In this document: one piece after another, positions 25,742-33,502 of the stretch
Layout of the letters: every line of letters begins with the position of its first letter
Position numbering within the stretch: the stretch's first letter is position 1
Assembly: GCA_046052705.1 (NCBI GenBank)
Contig: JBJOLU010000013.1
Span: forward strand, 1 to 38,026
Direction of reading: 5' to 3'
Length of the DNA: 38,026 bases
Source of the DNA: Bacteroidota bacterium
GTDB lineage: Bacteria; Bacteroidota; Ignavibacteria; Kapaibacteriales; NICIL-2
Made by a program: the position numbers and the translations under genes
The notes under the pieces: generated by a model
Databases searched by the model: none
The model's input: only the letters and a program-made list of their open reading frames with translations
What the model was told of the DNA's origin: nothing

Positions 25742-26902
25742 CTACAACGCTGCATTCCATGCGGTCAGGTTCTGCTCGCTAAACATACGTGCATACACTG
25801 CGTGACCATTGTGAGCGAATTGCTCAAAGTATCCGGTGTACCATTGGGCAAGGAGCACTCCCGCGCTGCGCGTGGCGCATACATCGGCAAACTGCTCAAT
25901 ACCACCGGTGCGAATCACATGGAAATTCTCTGCACCACAAGCAGCTACATGATTCTGCGCTACCGTGCAAGCCAGTAATGATGCGCCTTTCACCACTTTG
26001 CCGCTCAAGCCGCCGCCAAAGGTACCGGTAAAGCGCCGGTAGGCGGCAAGGTCGCGGTTGTCTATCTGTGCTTCGTGTGTAGCATATGCGGTAGAAGTGT
26101 TGCCAATATTGATACCGGCAAAACCCAGATCGAGCAGTACATCAATCAGCGCCGGCAGCAAGTTGGTTTGAATGTCGTTCGACACTTTGATAATCACGGG
26201 AACGGGTCGCTCGCTTCCCCGCCCACTGCGCCGTACAACGGTATCGCTCACATACTCAAGTCGCTCCAGCAAATCTTTGTCCAGCTCGTCCGGCCTTGGC
26301 TGATGCGCATGCGAAGGGACATTCGGACAGCTTTCGTTCAGCTCCAAAAAATCTACACCCGCGCTGATATACATGTGCATGCCTTCGGCCAGCGAACCAA
26401 GAGCGTCCAATCCTTTAAGCTCGGGATCGGCGCTGACACTTGCTCCCAGCGGGCAGCCGCTCACTTTTTCTATGCCGGACAACCGCTTGGCCACCACTGC
26501 ATGACCGCGGTTCGGCAAGCCCATCCAATTCGATGCAGCGCCGCTGTGCAGATATGGCGTAAAGGGATGATCAATACCCTTGCGCGTATTACCCATTCGT
26601 GGTCGCGATGTGGTTGTGCCCGCCAGATATGCACCCGCTCCCTGCAGCGCACACACTTCGTACCCTTCGCCATTTTTGAAAATGCCGGCGGCATTAAAGA
26701 GCGGCACTCTAAAGCACAACCCCCACAGCTCCACGCCATACTCGTCCGGAATGGAAGGCATAGCCGGCCGCTCGCGAACAAAGTGGCGCAGAAAAATCTC
26801 CCGCCCGCGCGAGTACACGCGTGTGGCCATGTGGCCCGGAAGCCGCGTCATTACAGGCCGCAGGGCGCGATCGGTTTTAGCTATGGTTTCTACTATGCTC
26901 AA
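25742..26902 (-). CDS. pyrD: Dihydroorotate dehydrogenase (quinone), class 2-like
   Basis: 386 aa. Supporting motifs are LFNAAGIFKNGEGY, GTTTSRPRMGN, NESCPNV, GINIGNTS, FGGGLSG and IRTGGI, in an N-terminally extended, membrane-associated class 2 layout. Confidence 0.8.
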   Translation of the reverse strand: MSIVETIAKTDRALRPVMTRLPGHMATRVYSRGREIFLRHFVRERPAMPSIPDEYGVELWGLCFRVPLFNAAGIFKNGEGYEVCALQGAGAYLAGTTTSRPRMGNTRKGIDHPFTPYLHSGAASNWMGLPNRGHAVVAKRLSGIEKVSGCPLGASVSADPELKGLDALGSLAEGMHMYISAGVDFLELNESCPNVPSHAHQPRPDELDKDLLERLEYVSDTVVRRSGRGSERPVPVIIKVSNDIQTNLLPALIDVLLDLGFAGINIGNTSTAYATHEAQIDNRDLAAYRRFTGTFGGGLSGKVVKGASLLACTVAQNHVAACGAENFHVIRTGGIEQFADVCATRSAGVLLAQWYTGYFEQFAHNGHAVYARMFSEQNLTAWNAAL

Positions 26903-27117
26903 TGTTTGATTCTCGGTTTACGATGTTAAAATGATGTACCTGGAAAGCAGGCTACTCGTTGCGTGCACTTGAGAATGGCACCACCGGTTTGTGCCGGTTG
27001 CATGTTCGTCAATCACACATGTGCTCTGCAAAAATACGGCCGGCGAGGCCCATGAGTCCTACAGCTTGGGCAGGCGAGTGATCATTCATCTTCCTAATCT
27101 TCTTATCGATCTTCTTA

Positions 27118-28878
27118 TCAATCCTCTTCCTCTTCATCCACGGAAAATGCTATGCGCGAATACACAACGTAGCGCTGTGTTTCTTTGCGCATGCGAGCGC
27201 GTTGCAGATTGAGCGAAGCGTGGCTATTGGCACCTCGAACAAACACGATGGGTTCATCTCTGCGCTCTGCTTGCGCGAGAGCAGAAGCATTGGCAGAGCT
27301 GTCGGTAGTAAGGCGCAGAACGGTGCATCCATAGGCGGGCCGCCAGGGCTGAGAATGCGTCCAGCCTGCCCATCCCTGCGTGTACCACGATAGTTGTGGC
27401 ACCAATGTATCGCCCGAAGCACCGCCTCCGATATCGGCAGAACCATCGGGCGGTAACACCACAGTGAACAATCGCTGCTGCGACTGCTCCAGCCAAGCAC
27501 CAACCTCTTTGGCGCCATCGCGCTCGCGGCGCGTGCTTGTGGTATTCAGCCACGCGCAGTGCAGCACGAGTATCACCGGCAGCACCATGCGCGTGCTTCG
27601 CATCATGGCGTTGTTCATTGATACTGCCGCGCCCGGCGAAATCAAACGCAGTATACCGGCCGAGAGAAACAACGCGATTATCGGCAGCATCACCGGTGGG
27701 TATGCGGAACTTGAGGAAGCGAGTCCGAAACCCGCGCCGTTAGCGGCGTTCAGGTCCGACACCTGCACAAGTCCCAACAGACGAAATACCACCAAGAATA
27801 CCATGAAAAGAAAGGCCGCGCTCAACACGCGCGACCGTACATACATTCGGAACACGTTGTAGCGATTGCTCACAGTGAGAATCACCAACGGCGGCAGAGC
27901 AAACACCACACGGGTGGAGTCGCTTATAGGCAGAGCAAACAATGCCAGCGCACCCATAGCCCACACGTGCAGTAGTTTATCGGATTCATTGTAGGGTTGG
28001 AGGTCCTCGTCGGCACGCTTGGGACGTACATACATGATCACCGCAAGCAATGCCACCACAGCAAGCGGCTGCGAGATTAGCAGGTCGGTCACAGACGTTG
28101 CTATTGCCTGCAGAGAAAAGGCATGCGCTGTATCCATCACCACGGAAGACGCGAGCATAGCGCGAAGCGCAAGCGAGCCCTGAACAAAAATCATATGTAC
28201 ATACCAGCACAGAGCAATGGCAATGCCCACAAGGCCGCCCACTACTACCTGTGCAGACTCACGCCGGTGCGTGTAGAGCAGCAGCAACATTGCAGCCGCG
28301 CCAATAACTACATCGAGAAGTATCGCGCAGCACACCGCCACAGCATACACGGCGCTCCAGGTGTAGCGCTCACGCATGTCGTAGGCATGCACCGCACGTA
28401 GCACTGCCAGCACCGATAGCATGAAGAATACAACTGCAGGCACATCCGGCTGCGCGCTACGCGCAAAATGATTCCACATCAAGCTGCCCGCAAGCAGCAC
28501 CGGAGCCGGCATGGCAGAAGATTCGCCAACAAAAAAAGCAGTGATATAGTACACCAGCACCAATGCAGCTACCCCACTGAGCACACTCCATAAGCGTAGC
28601 ATAAAAGGTTTGTTCCAGCCCGCGGTGCGCACGAATGCTGACTCCGCCCATACAAGCAGAGGCGCTTGCGTTGCGTTTGTCACGCCGCCGGGTGTGTAGG
28701 TAGACTGATCCGTCCACGCTTGTTTCTCGGCTGTTGCCTTGGCTCGGAACGCAACAATTGCTTCAGTGTCCGAAAGCTCCTTTGCGCCCAATCCCAAGAA
28801 CAGCAGCAGGCCGCAGGTAATAATGACAAGTATGATATTCTGACGTTGCACGTCCTCGTTTTCCGCGTACATAGGCAC
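27118..28878 (-). CDS. Polytopic membrane protein, GT-C (ArnT/PMT, family 39-like) glycosyltransferase
   Basis: 586 aa with at least 10 hydrophobic helices in the N-terminal 400 aa and an early acidic loop motif (KELSDTEAIVAF) resembling the GT-C DE/DxD loop. A soluble C-terminal domain follows. The assignment is by architecture only. Confidence 0.5.
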   Translation of the reverse strand: MPMYAENEDVQRQNIILVIITCGLLLFLGLGAKELSDTEAIVAFRAKATAEKQAWTDQSTYTPGGVTNATQAPLLVWAESAFVRTAGWNKPFMLRLWSVLSGVAALVLVYYITAFFVGESSAMPAPVLLAGSLMWNHFARSAQPDVPAVVFFMLSVLAVLRAVHAYDMRERYTWSAVYAVAVCCAILLDVVIGAAAMLLLLYTHRRESAQVVVGGLVGIAIALCWYVHMIFVQGSLALRAMLASSVVMDTAHAFSLQAIATSVTDLLISQPLAVVALLAVIMYVRPKRADEDLQPYNESDKLLHVWAMGALALFALPISDSTRVVFALPPLVILTVSNRYNVFRMYVRSRVLSAAFLFMVFLVVFRLLGLVQVSDLNAANGAGFGLASSSSAYPPVMLPIIALFLSAGILRLISPGAAVSMNNAMMRSTRMVLPVILVLHCAWLNTTSTRRERDGAKEVGAWLEQSQQRLFTVVLPPDGSADIGGGASGDTLVPQLSWYTQGWAGWTHSQPWRPAYGCTVLRLTTDSSANASALAQAERRDEPIVFVRGANSHASLNLQRARMRKETQRYVVYSRIAFSVDEEEED

Positions 28879-28927
28879 CTTGCACTTGCTTGTGTAATTT
28901 GGCGCAAACTACAACCGAAGGTGCGTC

Positions 28928-29569
28928 ATGAACATTGATATTCTCCCCGTCGTGGCTGCTTTGGCTGCCTACCTTGTGGGCTGCTTTCCCAGCTCCTATC
29001 TCTTTGTACGCCTTGCATCCGGAAAAAATGTTCTGCACGAGGGCACCGGCAACATGGGCGGCATGAATAGCTACGAAGTAACCGGCAAGCGCAGGGTGGG
29101 AATTGCTGTTGCCCTGTTTGATGCGGCAAAGGGCGCGGTGGTATGCTGGGGCGCGCATGCTCTGGGAGCAACGCCTACAGTGGTTGCCTACTCTGCTGTT
29201 GCAGTGGTATTGGGCCACTGTTACAATGTGTTTTTTAGGTTTCGCGGTGGGCGCGGCATTGCCACAGCCGCAGGCGTTGGTGCGGTCATCAATCCCTTGC
29301 CCTTGCTGCTGTGGGCCTTGATGTACCTGACAGGGTACTATGTGATTCGGCGGGATGTACATGTGGGAAGCATCACGGGAATACTCGGACTGCTTGTGCT
29401 TACCTACACCACGCCCACCACACTGCTGAACTTAACGATGCTAATGCCACCCTTTGATGTGGGCCTGCTCAAAGGTGTGATCTACATGATGTGCATTATC
29501 ATGTTCTTGCGCCACATCGAACCAATGCGCGCACTGTTCGAGCGCATGCAAAACGACATCTCTGAGTAG
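28928..29569 (+). CDS. plsY: Glycerol-3-phosphate acyltransferase PlsY
   Basis: 213 aa. AYLVGCFPSSYLFVRL...GTGNMGGMN...AVALFDAAKGAV...VVLGHCYNVFFRFRGGRGIATAAG matches the PlsY motifs. Confidence 0.88.
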   Translation: MNIDILPVVAALAAYLVGCFPSSYLFVRLASGKNVLHEGTGNMGGMNSYEVTGKRRVGIAVALFDAAKGAVVCWGAHALGATPTVVAYSAVAVVLGHCYNVFFRFRGGRGIATAAGVGAVINPLPLLLWALMYLTGYYVIRRDVHVGSITGILGLLVLTYTTPTTLLNLTMLMPPFDVGLLKGVIYMMCIIMFLRHIEPMRALFERMQNDISE

Positions 29570-29627
29570 TGACCAAGCTGTTCGCCTTTCCGTATCACAT
29601 CCTGTTTCACCATCATAGCTGTCCATC

Positions 29628-31025
29628 ATGACTCCGCTGTCGACGCTTCGCTCTATCAACCCGGCCACGAACTCTTTGCTTGCGGAAGTGGACGTGATGA
29701 CCGAATGGGAGATTGAGCACTCTCTAACTGCGGTTCATCGCAGTTATGCGGGCTGGAAACAGGTGCCATTGGACGAACGCTGCGAGCGGGTGTCGGCGCT
29801 TGCCACGTTGCTCCGCCGGTATGCGGAAGAAACATCGCTCATGATGTGCAACGAGATGGGCAAACCCATTGTGCAAGCTCGAGCAGAGATAGAAAAATGT
29901 GCAGCTGCATGCGCATTCTATGCCCGGGAAGCCGCATCAATGCTGGCGCCGGAGGATATGCTTGCTAATTCCTACGGCACAACCCCGGCGGACTTCCGCA
30001 GCGTGCGCATGGAATACGAAGCTCTGGGCGTGGTGCTCGCTATCATGCCATGGAACTTTCCCTATTGGCAAGCTATTCGCGCAGTGGTCCCGGCAATTCT
30101 TGCAGGCAACACCGTACTGCTGAAGCCGGCTCCTGAAGTTCCTTTAAGCGCGGAGATGCTGCAGCGATTGTTCGACGCCGCCGGCTTAGGCAATGGCATT
30201 GTGTGCACACTGCGCGCCACCAACGAGCAAACGCAGCATTGCATTGCGGACAAACGCGTGGCTGCCGTTACATTCACGGGCAGTACGCGCGGGGGTAAAG
30301 AAGTGGCAGCGCAGGCCGGAAGATTTTTGAAGAAAACCGTGCTGGAACTTGGCGGAAGCGACGCCGTGTGCGTGTGCGACGACGCCGACATTTCTCTTGC
30401 GGCAAGCATCGCTGTGCGGTCGCGGCTTGTGAACAGCGGTCAGAGCTGCATAGCCGCTAAGCGCTGCGTGGTGATGCGTGAAGTAGCAGATCAGTTCGAG
30501 CAGGCAGTAAGCCGCGAAGTGCTCCGCGCTGTAACGGGCGATCCCAAAGATGAAGCCACTACCGTGGGTCCTCTTGCTCGACGTGATCTTTGCGATACAC
30601 TTCACGAGCAAGTTCAGCAAAGCATCAGCCAAGGCGCGCGGGTACTGGTGGATGGCGGCCCCACCGGCGCCGGTTGTTTTTTTGTGCCCATGGTTGTTTC
30701 TGATATAAAGCCCGGCATGCCAATGTATGACGAAGAGGTTTTTGGTCCTGCGCTGGCAATTATCATCGTGGACAGCGAGGAAGAAATGATCCGTGTAGCC
30801 AACGACACTCGCTATGGTTTAGGTGCAACGGTGGTGAGCACTGACGAGCAGCGCGCACATCGCATTGCCGGTGCCTTGCAGGCAGGCGTGGTGTTTATCA
30901 ACGATATGGTGCGCTCGGACGTGCGCTTTCCTTTTGGAGGTTGTAAAGAGTCCGGTTGGGGACGCGAACTGGGGCCACATGGCATTCGCGAGTTCACGAA
31001 TATCAAGATTGTGGCGGCGGCATAA
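29628..31025 (+). CDS. NAD(P)-dependent aldehyde dehydrogenase (succinate-semialdehyde dehydrogenase-like)
   Basis: 465 aa. It has the catalytic Glu motif LELGGSDA, the catalytic Cys motif NSGQSCIAAKR, FTGSTRGG and EEVFGP. Confidence 0.88.
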   Translation: MTPLSTLRSINPATNSLLAEVDVMTEWEIEHSLTAVHRSYAGWKQVPLDERCERVSALATLLRRYAEETSLMMCNEMGKPIVQARAEIEKCAAACAFYAREAASMLAPEDMLANSYGTTPADFRSVRMEYEALGVVLAIMPWNFPYWQAIRAVVPAILAGNTVLLKPAPEVPLSAEMLQRLFDAAGLGNGIVCTLRATNEQTQHCIADKRVAAVTFTGSTRGGKEVAAQAGRFLKKTVLELGGSDAVCVCDDADISLAASIAVRSRLVNSGQSCIAAKRCVVMREVADQFEQAVSREVLRAVTGDPKDEATTVGPLARRDLCDTLHEQVQQSISQGARVLVDGGPTGAGCFFVPMVVSDIKPGMPMYDEEVFGPALAIIIVDSEEEMIRVANDTRYGLGATVVSTDEQRAHRIAGALQAGVVFINDMVRSDVRFPFGGCKESGWGRELGPHGIREFTNIKIVAAA

Positions 31026-31220
31026 CAGCTTTTTGCCGCCTATAGCCGCAAATCAAGCGGTTCCGGCGGTGCTCGAACTTTTTCTGTTCAAGCAGCGAAC
31101 AGGCAGCGGGAAATTTCGGATCTTGCCCGTACTCCAGGGCGCATTATCACATGTAGGTAGCACTGCTAGCCCCGGCGGTTCTTCCGGGCCGGCGCTCGCC
31201 ATGGATATCGTTCGTTTATC

Positions 31221-31262
31221 TCTTCAGAGATTCATCTTCAGAAATTCATCTTCAGAAATTCA
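31221..31262 (+). repeat. Three tandem copies of a 14-nt unit ending 10 nt before the dnaX start codon
   Basis: TCTTCAGAGATTCA (31221-31234), TCTTCAGAAATTCA (31235-31248) and TCTTCAGAAATTCA (31249-31262). Confidence 0.9.
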
Positions 31263-31272
31263 AGCATCGATT

Positions 31273-33186
31273 ATGTCAGCAAGCACTCAAGAATCTATGG
31301 ACTCAATGCAGACGGCACCTGCATATACGGTTACGGCGCGCAAGTATCGCCCGCAGCTGTTTGGCGATGTGGTGGGTCAGGAGCATATCTCTACAACGCT
31401 CACCAACGCTATTACGCAGCATCGCGTGCATCATGCGTATTTGTTTTGCGGACCGCGGGGCGTTGGTAAAACCACGACTGCGCGGATTTTCGCTCGCGCA
31501 TTGAATTGCTCGAATCCTATAAGCGGCGTGGAGCCGTGCAACGAGTGTTCATCCTGCTTGGATATTCTTAATGGCAGGTCTCTGGATGTGATAGAAATAG
31601 ACGGTGCTTCGAATAATTCTGTGGACGACATCCGCAAGCTGCGCGAGAACGCCAAGTACCCGCCGGTGCACGGCAAGTACAAGATGTATATCATCGACGA
31701 GGTGCACATGCTCTCCACTTCGGCCTTCAATGCCCTGTTGAAGACACTGGAGGAGCCGCCCCCGCACTTGCTGTTCATGTTTGCCACAACCGAATCGCAC
31801 AAGGTTCCTGCTACTATCGTAAGCCGCTGCCAGCGTTTTGATTTTCGGCGCATGCAAATTGAGTCCATCGTACATCACCTGGCATCTATTGCTGCAAAGG
31901 AACGCGTGGTGATTGATGAAGAGTCTCTTATCGCTATTGCAAAAAAGGGCGACGGCTCCATGCGAGACTCGCAGAGCATTTTTGATCAAGTGCGCGCCTT
32001 TTGCGGAGACACTATTGCCTTCAGCGAAGTGGCCAACGCGCTGCATTTATTGGACGAAGAGTTTTTCTTTGCTATCAGCGATGCCATGCTGGATAAAAAC
32101 ACCGCCATCATGTTCGGACTGGTGGATCAGGTGGTGAGCAAAGGCTACGACATTCACGAGTGCTTGAGCGGAATGCAGATGCACTTCCGGAATATTCTGA
32201 GTGTGGTATCTACCGGATCCACACATCTGATTGAGTCGTCGTCGGCAATACTTGAGCGCTATACCGCATCGGCCGCGCGCTTCCGCCAGGCAGAGGTGCT
32301 GCGCATCATGAGCATGATCTCCAGAACGGAACAACAGCTAAAGCTCTCAGCGCAGCCGCGAGCACTCTTCGAAGTTCTCTTGGTGAGTTTGGCATCGCTG
32401 GATGATATCGTAGAGATCTCCGAGCTGGTGCGCGAGATTCGCGAAGCAAAGAAAGGCGGCACCAAAGTGAATATGTTGAGTTCCGCCGTTCATGCCACCA
32501 CGCCGGTACCACCGCCCGAGGTAATTGCTAAAAGAGCAGCCGCTGCGGAAGCACGCACCATGCTTGCAACGGCAGCTGCGTCGAGTGCTGCTTCAGCTGT
32601 GCAGACCCGGCCCATTGCTGCAACGCGTGTGGCAACGCGGCCTGCAGCGACAGCAACTACCTCCGTACGCAATACAGCGCCTGCTACCGACTCTGCTACC
32701 GACTCTACTACCGACTCTGCTACCGGCACGGTGAGCGCGTCTGTTTTAGAGAATCGTTGGGATGAGTTTGTGAGCTCATTGCCACCATCGTTGGCCGGAG
32801 TGAAAATGGCGTTGAAGACAGGTCAGTATAGCATGGTGGAATTCTCCGACGCCGACATACATGTAGTGGTGCGCTCGGAAGAGTTTATGTACAAAGACAT
32901 TTCCGCTTCCAAGGCAACATTAGGAACTCGTCTGGAGAAATTCTATGGCTCTCACGTTCGTGTGCGTGTGTCGTACGCCGGTGCCGAAAACATTGATGCT
33001 ACCCCGTCTGCAGGCGATGCAACTGTGAGTGCCGATACCGCAGCAGCAGTAGCGGCATCGCAGGGGAATTCAGCTCATGGTAGTGTGCATAGTTCTGCGC
33101 AGGGCGCGCCTTCCGAGAAATCTACCGTTGAGCGCATTCTGGTAGAGGCCTTCGGTGCAAAGAAGATTCCGCTTCCCGGAACCTAA
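31273..33186 (+). CDS. dnaX: DNA polymerase III subunit gamma/tau
   Basis: ORF 30865-33186. The real start is probably ATG 31273 (MSASTQESMDSMQTAPAYTVTARKYRPQLFGDVVGQEHI). It has Walker A GPRGVGKTT, the Zn module CNECSSCLDILNG, Walker B IIDEVHML, the SRC motif VSRCQRF and sensor-2 GSMRD. A low-complexity Ala/Thr/Ser tau linker follows. Confidence 0.93.
   Translation: MSASTQESMDSMQTAPAYTVTARKYRPQLFGDVVGQEHISTTLTNAITQHRVHHAYLFCGPRGVGKTTTARIFARALNCSNPISGVEPCNECSSCLDILNGRSLDVIEIDGASNNSVDDIRKLRENAKYPPVHGKYKMYIIDEVHMLSTSAFNALLKTLEEPPPHLLFMFATTESHKVPATIVSRCQRFDFRRMQIESIVHHLASIAAKERVVIDEESLIAIAKKGDGSMRDSQSIFDQVRAFCGDTIAFSEVANALHLLDEEFFFAISDAMLDKNTAIMFGLVDQVVSKGYDIHECLSGMQMHFRNILSVVSTGSTHLIESSSAILERYTASAARFRQAEVLRIMSMISRTEQQLKLSAQPRALFEVLLVSLASLDDIVEISELVREIREAKKGGTKVNMLSSAVHATTPVPPPEVIAKRAAAAEARTMLATAAASSAASAVQTRPIAATRVATRPAATATTSVRNTAPATDSATDSTTDSATGTVSASVLENRWDEFVSSLPPSLAGVKMALKTGQYSMVEFSDADIHVVVRSEEFMYKDISASKATLGTRLEKFYGSHVRVRVSYAGAENIDATPSAGDATVSADTAAAVAASQGNSAHGSVHSSAQGAPSEKSTVERILVEAFGAKKIPLPGT
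32683..32726 (+). repeat. In-frame 12-nt tandem repeat in the tau linker
   Basis: GCTACCGACTCT x2, ACTACCGACTCT and a partial GCTACCGG, encoding ATDSATDSTTDSATG. Confidence 0.85.
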
Positions 33187-33502
33187 GAAAACCTGCATTG
33201 TAGCAGCATGGAACATGAAAACCGGGCAACTGCATCTGCACGCACTCGTACTCGCTCCTAACACTTTGTCTGTGCAATGGCTCGATCATTATCGCTCATC
33301 GTGACTCCCATTTTCAGTGGTCTGAGCAATTTCTATGCTCCAATCCCTGCGCCGAAATGGATACTATTGATGGATTTACATTCGTTCATACAGATGTGAG
33401 GTTTTTGTAAGTTGTATTGGCATAGATTTTGATAATGTCCAAAGAGCCAGGCATTAGCTGCATTGTATAGAACGGTGAATTGTACCTAAGCGGAAAGTCG
33501 TC

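Noticed and set aside
26075-26929. A 284-aa + strand ORF. Similar long antisense ORFs lie at 36497-37168, 18615-19301, 19833-20510, 12177-13032, 28763-29362 and 8537-9694.
   Set aside because: Each lies antisense within a gene that has clear family motifs (pyrD, yicC, aminopeptidase, anti-sigma, plsY, STAND ATPase). Long shadow ORFs are expected at this GC content.
27085-27140. A 12-nt periodic pyrimidine-rich repeat (ATCTTCTTATCG / ATCTTCTTATCA / ATCCTCTTCCTC) spanning the stop codon of the GT-C gene.
   Set aside because: On the coding strand it is the acidic tail DEEEED followed by GA-rich codons interrupted by several stops. It is most simply explained as slippage-generated low-complexity sequence at a gene end. 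I see no evidence of function.
31026-31220. A possible SRP (4.5S/ffs) RNA gene upstream of dnaX, a common location for it.
   Set aside because: I looked on both strands for the domain IV signature (…GGUCC-GGAA-GGAAGCAGC…). I found only loose resemblances, such as CCCGGAAGAACCGCC on the minus strand. That is not enough to call an RNA gene, and an Infernal/Rfam scan would be needed.
30865-31272. An N-terminal 136-codon extension of the dnaX ORF that overlaps the aldehyde dehydrogenase gene.
   Set aside because: The extension translates to non-protein-like sequence and crosses the tandem repeat and the upstream gene. The conserved DnaX N-terminus (YRPQLFGDVVGQ) begins shortly after ATG 31273.
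31941-31985. An in-frame A AAA AAG slippery heptamer in dnaX (gcA AAA AAG ggc). The -1 frame closes 13 codons later at TGA 31983-31985. This resembles the E. coli gamma/tau programmed frameshift site.
   Set aside because: It lies at about residue 224, inside the AAA+ module and just before the sensor-2 GSMRD. A product truncated there would lack domain III and could not assemble a clamp loader. Known dnaX frameshift sites lie after domain III. The AKKG sequence is simply the conserved coding sequence here, and I saw no downstream stimulatory hairpin.
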